DNA from: Antedon mediterranea
Lineage: Eukaryota > Animalia > Echinodermata
DNA: 64,000 nucleotides
Direction: 5' to 3'
Assembly: GCF_964355755.1 (NCBI RefSeq)
Contig: NC_092674.1
Coordinates: forward strand, 1,612,001 to 1,676,000
A program made the position numbers and the translations under genes. Of this stretch, positions 47,601-59,600 are shown in pieces. Position 1 is the first letter of the stretch, and each line of letters starts with the position of its first letter. The notes beneath the pieces are model-generated. The model had not been told where the DNA came from. It saw nothing but the letters and a program-made list of their open reading frames with translations, and ran no database searches.

Positions 47601-50600
47601 CAAAATTATTTCATGGTTTTTTTTAAAAATAATTTACATAATTTAACACCACTAGCTATCCGCAGATTTTATAAACAAGTTGTATGGGTATTTAATTTGA
47701 TATAAAGCAGTGCAGTAAATTGTAAATAAATATAGTTTATGTATTTTCTCAATATCTGTAGGTGGGCGGAGGGGGAGCTGATAAACTACACAGATAGATA
47801 AATGTCCACACATCCACATACACTAAGCTTGTACGCTTGCATGGGGTAAAGTTAAGCTGATCCAAATCACATCAAGAGTTAATACAAATGTGTTCATACA
47901 GAACAAGCTAGATTGTCTGTATTTAAACTGGGCAAGAGTAGAAGGGAAAGTGTAAAAATAGCGCTTCTTCCATGGTTCTTACTTAGAAGATAAGGGATCA
48001 TATTTACAGTAGTATATCTACGTCCAATATGATAATTATCGGCAACTGTAACCAAATTACATAAGCTGCCATGTTATTTTGTGTTTGAATTATTTTACAA
48101 TTTAGATATAAGACCAGATAATAATGTTCATTTAACAATTAGATTTAAATCCTGAAATTGATACAAGTAGCGAATTCAGTTATCCTACTGGTACCTGATT
48201 ACATTATAATACTATTAGATACCAAATACAGATTACTTGTCTAGATATGACAAATATTAGTAGCAGGTGTCTGTGATGAACTAAAGCAAATCGAGTTCAA
48301 ATTGTACTGGTACAAGGTAAAATTGTTACTGGTGTGCGGTGACCATTTTGGTTAAAACCTCTTAATTTTACATATAGATTTTTTTAAATTTTACTTTTTT
48401 TCTTTTCAAACATTAACATTACTGTATATAAAATACTGTATAGTTAACCAAAACACTAGTTAGTGGCAAACTATTAAGTTATTGAAAATGTTCATAGCAT
48501 GTTATTGTTAGGTTGTGTTCTTTTTTAATACAGTATAAAAAGGTAAAGGTGAGTCCCGTGTTCTCTGAACGTAGGGGAATGAGCTGTTAGGAGCTCATTG
48601 TACTAAGCCTCGGCATTATGTGGTAGAACGTAGGGGAATGAGCTGTTAGGAGCTCATTGTACTAAGCCTCGGCATTATGTGGTAGGGTGGCCAGTTCCTT
48701 TCCACGCCGCCTTTTTTCTCCCTAGTATTTTCAACCAGGTACTCATTTTTACAGCTGAGTGGACTGGGAGTTGTCGGGAATTGAACCCGGGTCTATCTGT
48801 ATGACAGTCAAGTGTCCTAACCACTCGGCTATCAACAACTCCTATAGTATAGTAAATACAAAGTTATTATATATCAAATTCAATAAAACTTCATACAGTT
48901 TTCTTTTTGCAATATTAACACTGATAAATGCAAATTTCCATATACAATGAAAGTGGGCTGGCAGTTTTTATTCTTAAAAGAAAAACGGTTAAAATTGGAA
49001 AGACAACTGGTTTGTACAAATGCAATAAGCAACCTTGACCAAACGTAATGGTTTCTGTGGATTAGAGAACAATAGAAAAGGTTTCAAGAATTATTTCTTT
49101 TTCTATTCATTAACAGTTTAAAGTACTACTTTTGTAAGCCTAAGGCAACTTAGGTCATACTCAGCATGAAACGCCCCACTAACCAAGACCCTCTAGAAGG
49201 GTTTTATTGTGAAGGCTAAGCCCCCTTTTCTTGAAGGACACAAAGAACGTTAATAGCTGGAGCCTTTTCATGTTCAGGCATTCTTGTTGTATTTAGTCAC
49301 GGTTCATTGGTCAACAGTTAGCGAAAACGCTGAACAATGAGTACAATTTTATCATGCCTATACAAGTCCTCAGCTGGATGATAGTTTTGATAATGCAATG
49401 GGTTCCATTCTTCTAGAACAGTAACGCCATTTACTCACCGCTACTAACAAAAAAACGACCTCAAAACAAATTAAATTATCTAATAACTCTTTACACAAAT
49501 CATTTTTTTAAAATGAATATTGAACAAGATAATTATTATTTTTTATTAGAATAATATTAAATATGAAATTCTAAATTCCAATACTAAATTACTGGATTTG
49601 AAAACAAGAATTAAACATGATGATATTGAGAGACTATACTTAAAAAATATGTACAGTATTATATACGGTAATATAAAAAATTATGAAAAAAAAGCCCTTT
49701 TCAAAATTCAAAATTGTAGTCTAGTTTAAACTGTATGTCAAATTGTCTTACAACATGTTTAGTCTATGTTCTTGCACTGTTTCATACAAATTTGAAAAGA
49801 AAATGTTGATAAAAAATCAATTTTCATAGTAAAAGACTAAAATGAGTTTATGCAAAGAGTTAACTGAAGTAAATACTGTGATACAGTGGCGGACTGTACA
49901 AGCTCTATGGAGCCATAAGTGGTGCATTAAAGTACCAATAACAAAGCAACACAAATATTGTCTTTATTCAGTGTGAACGCAGAAGAATGCGTTCACACAA
50001 CTCCGGTCAGTTTGCTTAATAAGTATGCCCAACAAAGTATCTTATTTCAGAGTACTTTAACACGTTGGATAATAAAGTTTTTTTCCTCACGGTTGTACGT
50101 GTATCCATGCTTTAACAATTCACCGATGTAAAGTACAAATTGGATTATTTAAACTTTTGTTGAATTTTTTTTTTCTAATCTGATCATGGACAGTCGGGAG
50201 AAAAATGGCAAAAGGCTTCCTACTTTATAGGAGTTTTATCATCTATTATTGTTTTTGACAACTCTTCTGATTTTGCCATTTTGCCATTTTCCCCGAACTG
50301 TGGAAGGAAGATATAGTATTTATTTTTCACCTACCATATTAATGGTAGTCACCTTAAAACAGAACAAACTTGAAGCAAGAAATTGTTATACCAATATCAA
50401 TCTACAGCTTATATCAAAGTTAGTAATCGGTCAACTAATCTCCTCAAACAGTTTGATTACTGGTTTTATTTGATGTATGGATTAACAGAGATTGATATGA
50501 AGATAATCTATGCAACTTATCTGCACACTCATCAATATGAAGTACTAACAATCACACATGACCCTCTAGTCTTAACTGACTTTCCCATGACATCAGTAGT

Positions 50601-53600
50601 CAAATATTTTATTCAATTCGAAGACAACTTTGTTCTACAATAGATAACGATTACAAACTTGGTTCTACATGATAAAGATTACAACTTCATTCTACACTGA
50701 TTAGATTCTGATTAGATTTGGAATGTAATCATTGGCCATTAGTTTTAGGAGAAAGATATATGATAGTGATCAATATCTATGGATAGAGTGAAGTAGATGG
50801 TAGGCACTGTGTTACCAGATGTCCACATGGTTGTGTAGAAGCATGGAGGTACCTCCATGGTACAAGTAGTACACTAAAATATATAAATCTACAGATACTG
50901 ACAGTATTAAAATCACAGATAAATGCAATTTGTAATAACTTTATATATTTAAAAGGATCACACTAACCAACCGATATGGCAACAATATTTTTAAAATGAC
51001 TTGCTTATAAAATAAAACTATGTACGGTATACAGTATTAAATCACTACCACCAGTCTATTATTTTACATTTTTTAAATAACTTTTTGTCAAAATATTAGT
51101 ATGTTGAAGCTCTCTACTAAATTTATAAAATATGTTCATATCAAATTTTAATGCCAAATTCCATAATGTTGACTTCTTTACCCTAAAATATAAATCACAC
51201 AGCTTCAAATTTATAGTGCAAACTTAATCCTGATAAACTCGTATAATGCTGTAAAGTACATTGATTGAATCAAAACTATGTTGACCTTTGACCTGCAAAA
51301 TGATAAATTACTATTTTAGCAATCCAACAACTTGTTCTATACTTGTTTAGGTTGACTGAAAGAAGTGAAAAATGATTCATAAATTGTATTACTTATTTTG
51401 CAAATTAGGTGTTATTATTTATTTCATTTAGATTTATAACACAATGTTAAAGAGAGACTATACAGAAAAAAGTAAAGACTCATTTACTGTACAGAGGTGA
51501 TTTAAAAATAGAATGTATTAACAATAACAGTGGATTATATCAGTATTGAATTGAAAAGAGTCAGATTAAGAATAATTCCAAATAATATATAACCAATGAA
51601 ATCATTTGTTAATGTTATTTGGAACATTCTTATTTATTCTCTGTACAGTAATAAGTAGAAACGTGTTCTGCATAGTCTCTCTCTAACATTGTTAACCAAA
51701 TATTTTCAGGCTGCTATTTAACCAGTTACTGAAAATTTGTCCTGTTTCTGCTGCCAAATAAAAGTTTATAACTCTTAATATATTATTTATATTGAGTCGA
51801 AGGGTAATAAGGGTAAATAGAATAAGGGTAAATAGAATAAGAACATTCTAACATCTTTTAGTAAACTAACTTGTTGGAATTAGCATGGAATTAGTGGTTG
51901 GAAATTGGATCATTTTTTTCGATCTGTATCACCACTGTATTTATCTTGTCAACTTATAATAAGTCTTGTAAATATGAAGAAACTTGTAAGTTATGAAAAA
52001 AAATTATTATAAAACTACCTCCCACAGACAACAGCTGTAAGACCTATTCTTAGAATTATTGTCTAGATAATTGGATGCATGTATTATCTCCAACACCCCT
52101 GGGAAGAACTGCACTTTATGACTCAAATCTGAAGTACAGGGTACACATGTTTTAAGAATTTTAGAATAGGGCAGAGAAAGGAGTGATAAGGACTCACAAA
52201 ACCCTTTCCATCTACTATACTCTAGTCTATTAATATTCAAAGGATAATAATGTGAAATATGAATTTGAAGCTGTTGACAGGAAAAACAGTCTTCTTTATT
52301 AAGTAAAACAACCAAAAAAATATAATTGTAGGCTTATTTCACAATATTGAAATTTAAAAATCAATACTCTAAAATGTCATAGTTGAACCATGGAGGAATA
52401 ACTAAATAGCAGTTTCCTATTATCCTATATCCCCAAGACATTGGCCGAGGATTTAATACTAATTTTCATAGAGTCGCATCCCCTTTGGCTCCAATGAATG
52501 GAATATTTAATTTTCCTATTTGATGAATTAGATTTCTCAAGGTTTTAGCTTAAGGCTTTTGGAACGAATTACAATTCTCTTAGATGAAACGCCTCTCAGA
52601 AAACCATCTAAATAGTAATCAGTTAATAAGGATTCACGTTGATTTTCTAGTAAGAAAATGAACATATGAAGTTTGCATCACATTCCCAAATCATAAAAAC
52701 ATTTTTGCAGAAAAATACAGATTTTATTTTCAAGAATTTAATTAAAAATAACTAATGTATTGCTTATCCTTGTCACTCAAAAATACTGTTAAAATACGGT
52801 ATATTTTATACCATATTTTTTAGTACCTGTTTCTGCTATAAGTACTGTCTTGGGTGATCGTGTTAAATTTCATCTTTTTTACCTAACCTGCCTTTCAATC
52901 CCCCAAATCAATCAATCAATCAAAAAATACCTTATTAAATACGGTATTTACTTGGCAGCAGAAACAGGGCCTTGGACTATTACAGTACTATACTTACTGT
53001 TAGTTGTGTATATAAGGCAGAAGATAAAGAATGGAGGGGAAAGGGGGAAGTGTACACACACAAGCTCATTTTACAAACAATTTTACATGAACTTACACCT
53101 TACAGAAGGTTGATACAGTCAGTATAGCAATGCATTTTAATGATGCAGTATAAGCACATTTTGGAAACTAAAAAAAAAACAAAGTTCATTGGAAGTGAAG
53201 TTGTCCTCTACTGTTACTTACTGGTAGGTAATAAACCTTACTTGGTTTGATCACTTGCCAAACACTCTCTTCACAAAGTGAATAATGTTAATTATGTTTT
53301 AGTATGAATGAAGGTTAACATAAAAACCTACAGGTTAGTATTTATTAAACCATGGAGGAAATGATTAAACTATGGCAACTGGGTAGAGAGCAACCTTATG
53401 GATGGGCCACGCAGCCCGAAGAGGTTAGGTTATTGGGAAAAGAATACTCAGTAAAAATATTATGAAAAATATATTACAAGGGCAAAATTTACCAACAAAA
53501 TGATTGTTTTCTGTATCTTTTGAGTTCAGATGATTATTAAAAAAGAGATACCACAAAAAGAGAAGAAATACCACATAAAGAGGAGAGATATTAAAATGAA

Positions 53601-56600
53601 GGAGAAACTTTAGAGAGAAAAGTATCTTTCTGATAGTTTCTATCACATGGTTACAAGAAGAGAAGTCTACATCAGTAGCAGACACAAATCAGAAAAAAGA
53701 TCTTACTGCTTGCTTCTCATAATTTTCAGGGACATCAGAAGGAGAGAGAAAAAAAGAGAAAACTAGAAGAGACGTCAAACGTGAGAAACATCAGGAGGAT
53801 GATGTTTTGATCTGGTTGCTTCAACAAGAAGACGAGATACAATAAAAAGAGAAATAAAAAATTATTAAAATCTTCTTGCTTTTTATTATTAGAAAAGAAG
53901 TAGAGTAACATCAGAAAGGACTTTTGATCTAGTTGGTTCAATAAAGAATAATTGTGCCAAGAAGACACAAGAAAAGGAGAATAGAAAGAGAAAGTTATTA
54001 CTATAATATGTTTTTTCATGATAAAAGAGATAATAGAAGATGATAACCATCAGGAAGAGAGGATGATGACTTTAATCTGCTTGCTATTATTATTCAACCA
54101 GTGGAATGCTGCTGATTATTGATATTGGATCATGTTTAATCATTGTATAGTAGATGCAAATGAGTGAACTTTAATGTCAAATGTTGTTGAATATTTATTG
54201 ATAAAGCTTGCTTTAGTTTATTGATTCATGCAGCGTGCCATACCAAGTCAATTCATACTGTAATGGAGCAACTTCAAAACACTCGTCAGCTTTCAAAAGA
54301 TCCGATGTTTATGCAATAGATTGAAGAATAATAACAAATCCAAAACTGAATGGTTAATAACAGATAACCAATTAGTCTGCGGTCAAATAACGTAGATAAA
54401 AGGAAGCGGTGACAGCGGGTCATTTGTTGGTTTATTAATATGGCCAGACTTGACCACTCTAATCACTGATCCAAGATTATCAATTAATCAAGTGCACTAA
54501 ATCAAAAAGTGAAGAGAGATTTATAGTTTTACTGCAGCACTCTTTTCACTCAGTAATAATAAGTTAAGAAATGAAACTAGGTTGAGTACAGTATGGATAC
54601 ATTCATACCATACAGATGTAAAAACCAACTAAATATTAAACACATTGGAATAATTTTATTCAAAATCTTGTGTTACTCAACTTATATTGTTTTACATTAA
54701 TGTTTAAACATAAACATTTAAATATTTTTCTTGAACCTATTGTGATTATAAATCTTATTATCTTAAATTTATTCAAATCTGTCCCCAATTGTGTTTTTTT
54801 AAAATGTTTTGAACAGTGGTGTTTGAATCACTTTCCTGCCCCCTGTGACTGTACTATTATTATTAAATGCAAGGCTAGTTTAGCAATGAACTCTTGAAAA
54901 AGTGGATACATACTGTATATGTTCAACCAAAATAGTCAAGGTTACATTAAAATATATTTAAATTGAATTTAAAATGACCAACTAGACCAATATCTCCAAA
55001 TTCTTGTTACTGGATTTATAGGAAATGAACATTAATTTCAATACAGATAAACATCAATAGATTTGTATTTTTACCCGTGAAAAGCCAAACACAGGGTTTT
55101 TTATGCTAGACATTTTCTACCCTATGGCGCAACTAGTTTTCTAGGGTTCACTGCACGGAGCTAGGCAGGAGACTGACCAAGATAATGTATGGGTCATAGG
55201 GACTGGCTTTAGTGTCCTACACTACTGGTCATCATGTAGTTCATCCCAGCATGTTATTTGGTCAATAGATGGATTAAATGCTAGATTTTTATTACTTAAT
55301 ATAAAGTCTGTGATTGGAATATGACATCTAAAGTGATTGTAATTGGTTCAATTAATCTCACTTTCGTTTGTTTCGCCTGCTAATGAAATATAAATGACGT
55401 CCTAATGACGAATAAACATCATTCTGACGTAAAATAAATAGCCAATGAGAACAATTTACACATTCAAAAATGTATGCAGTTAGCTGATGAGATTTTAAAG
55501 TTAGGTATCAGGGTAAACAATGATGTGTTTATTACTAACTACTACAGTAGGCCTCTATATAGTTATTAACCTCAATCTTGCAGCCTTTAACCTGTTTCTA
55601 TAGATACCATAACTAGGCTAGCTGTATCTTATAATTGCTTAGCCTACAATAATTAAGTTCATTGTACTACTAAACTACCCAGAAGGAGATGATGGGTATA
55701 TTCACTTTCCTCTTGTTGTCAAATTGCAATTGTTTTGTATAGCATGCATAGTATACTAATGACAAGAATAGTATATTAATGCATGATGAATTGTAATTGC
55801 AAACCAATCATTTCACAGGGTCATTTCATAATTTAATTACTTCTATAAAAAGAAATTGGAAATCAAGCCTCTAATAAAGTCTTTGAAAAGTAACTATTAA
55901 TTTATTCAACAATTACATTACAACCTACTTTCAACATTTTTTGCAAAATGAAGAAATCACTAGCCAATTGCTTTTTGCTGTGATTGCTAACATAAACACG
56001 ATAAAAAAAAAAGTTTTTAATGTATTAATACAGTACATTACACTACTGCTGTAGAAATAGTGGGTCATTTGGATGTACTGCAATACAGTATTCCAAAATA
56101 GTGTATAAACATAAAAAAATAATTTTTAAAAATGATTAAAAAAATGTTTCTTCTGTACTTAAAGCACATACTCTACTATTACTGTATTGCCAAAATAGTG
56201 CCAACAACCACAAACTAATTGTTTAATAAAAAAACAGTGCAGGATGCAACTCTGTATGCTGTTGAGATATCAGTTTTCAAAAGCGGTGTTTACAAAAACC
56301 CTTCATTCAATTTTTATAATAGCATAAAGTGGTTTTCACCTATCAATTCACATCAAACTAACGAATTACACCTGTGAGTCTTGCGTGCGGCCCTGCGTGA
56401 TCAATTTCTATATATTGCAAAATGATTATCATCATCAATTGGTTATTTATTTTAATTATCTAGCCTCAGGGAATCACTGGCCATCACATTCCATACAAAA
56501 TACCCCATGTGTAACAAACTCTATTTAAAGTACAGTACTGAGCATTTATCAAGTTTGTCCTGATAGTAAACGTACATAATAGTTACTGTACTTTACTGAA

Positions 56601-59600
56601 AACTTTAATTACATGTGACGTTGTAATAATACAATACATTATTTCTTTTTTTTTGTGTGAAAATCATCAAGATAATCAAATGTTTGTAATGAATTAAATA
56701 ATGTTTATAATATTATAAAATTTCATTAAAATTAAATTTTTTTTAATTTTTTTTAATTTTTTTTTTAATGAATTATTTTTATAAACATTTATACAATTTC
56801 ATTGAAATTAAATTTTGTATTGAAGGTTTTTTTTATTTATGTAAAAATAGAGGCAACACATAATATTCCAAACCAAAACAGCACATAGAGTACAGTAAAG
56901 TACGTTTCTTTTCCTTTGTACAGTACTGTACAATACTGAAGTACATTTATTTTTTATTGACTGCAGAAAATTTCACAATTAAAGTTTCATTTTTATCTTG
57001 TGGTTTTTGGTCTTAACTTCAAATTTTCAATTTCTTTGTCAAGTAGTTTTTACACCAAACAACAGAATATTAATAAGGATTTATTCTTCTATAAAGTTAA
57101 TTATTTCATCTCAATGTACATGTATGTTTACGACATTTCCATGTGGTCGTCACAGTCATGTTACATATGTTTCTATTGTTTGGTCAAATTAAGCAATCTA
57201 CTTTAGATCCTGACTTAAGCCATCCAAACACTTAATTTCTTTTCTCTCTAATCCCGAAAACAGTTCCGATACTACTTTACTAAAGACAACTGATTTCAAT
57301 CTTGTTGTTTGTACATATCATATTATTTTTTAAATAATTGTGATATTGAAAATGTGTGTAGTTGGTCACTTTACTGTACTGTAGATGCTTTAATTGTAGA
57401 ATGTAATTTGTTTTAATTTTTTTATTTCTGTGCTCTGTTCTGGGTTGACCAACTACTAGCAAAGGTGTTTAGCACCTGTTTGGTCTTTCCTTGCCTTTTA
57501 TATTTGTTTTTCCTTCTTTATATTACATGTATATATGGCAGAAAATTGACTAAATAAATAAAATAAATAGATATCTCTACTGTATGTACATATGTAGGTG
57601 AATACAGTATATTGCCGAATAAGAAGCAAAAACTTTGCATATGTTGTAGCGTTTGAAATTTATTACGTATTCATGATTTTGCTGTACACATGAGCTTCTT
57701 AAAAAAAGATCTATTTCAGTCATTCTGTCTGTCTGTCTGTCCCATATCAGACAAAGTAAACTTGGTGAGTTTTCCTTATGTGTATGACATCATTTATATT
57801 TAGAAAAATCCATAATTCCAGTGAATTACCTCTAAAGAGCCGTTATCATCAATTCACGGCAAAGCCTATAAACCCGGTACATGCCGTATTAACAAAGTTC
57901 ATTGCATTTCACTCATTGAAATGATTTACCGACCAAAAATTCTGGATTAATTTCTAATATAATAATGCCCCTTCAGCCATTTACGAGTGCTGGAATCAGC
58001 GGTTTGAGCATGCAATGAGAAATTTTACGAGTTTCAGTATTGCATTTCCGCAAGTACGACAGCCAATTTACCTCAAAAGAAACGAAATGTCATGGCGCTT
58101 AGTAACACTGAGGCATGTTTCATTTCAAATCTATAAATATTTATTAGACCGAACTTAGATTGTATTTTTATTTCAAGCATAAGTGACTGAAATTATTAAA
58201 CAATTTTTAGTATTTGTTGTACAGTACAGTAGATGTCATATTTAAAATGACACTTCGAATTCGATTTATCAACTAAAAAAAAAATAATTTTAAAATGTTG
58301 CATTATATACAGTACTGTAGGCTACTGTAGATGCAATATTCGTACTGTATGGTAATTCTTAATTAAGTGGTCTAAAAGACAACAACCACCATTTAAGCAA
58401 CAGGTTGTTTGTCCAAATCCCACAAGAAACATCTTCTTTTGTTAATATTTCTGAATTTTAATTAAATATCAACAAATTAAATTTTCTTGGTTTGGTAATT
58501 AATTTCAAAACGTGATATTCATACAATTTCTTGGATTCAATATTAAGTTATCAAAGGCTATTAATTAAGAAAAATGAGATACGCAAGCAAGGTTCGAGCC
58601 GGTTCTAAAATTATCATACAGCCTGCTTTGTGTCATTCGCCATAACAACTGCTTCCCAGCGACATAGCTTACATACAACCTTGAATATGAAATACTTCAT
58701 TATGTTGTACAACCTGCTAGACTTTTATCCTCTATGTACTGGATTAGGTAGGATTAGATGGGATTAGCATTTATGTATGTACATGAACTGAATCATCTAC
58801 TTTAATATACCAATTGCAAAGTAATGCAAAGTAACAATATGCAGTATGTGCATTATTGGTCAAATTTGGTCATGATAATTTATGCGCTTATGGTGGATTT
58901 TGTTATAGCATTTTAGGGAAAGGGCAACGAAGACAAAGATGATTTGATATCATTTGAATAAAGGTTTTATATTATATAACTGTACATACAGTATATAAAC
59001 TGTACATAATATATACTGTAGTAAGTCTTTTCGTAAATGTAGAGTATACAGGTTAGTACCATAGAGTCGATAACGTGATTGTACGATGTTTTATTTATTT
59101 TCTTGATTCATAATAATATTTTTTTTTTACAATAAAATGTAATGACAAAAAACAAGAAGATCGACGTTTCGGAACCATTATGGAACCATTTACAAGATCA
59201 AGTAATCAAATTATACAAAAACAACAAACATCAATGGGTGACAGGAAACATTAATTGATTGGTTAATTAACATCAAAGAAGGCTTACAATACTAATAATA
59301 ATAATAAATATTAATTTTCTTATTGTATTCATTTTATATTTTTAAATGTTTTTTCTACAATTCTGTTGTTGTCTGGTGTATCATTTTTAGGGACCACAGT
59401 GGAAATACTGTAAGTTGCTTTTTCGGTTTACTTTTCTGTGTTTTTATCCTTGATCAACAGAATAAATAAATCATAGTACATACAGTGCTCTACAATATAA
59501 AATACTAAAGTGACCAATAGTATAATATTGAATCATTGAACTTTAAGCTGTATATTACACAAACCAACAGTGGTGTTGGTAGTCTATGAGTGCTGCTTAC

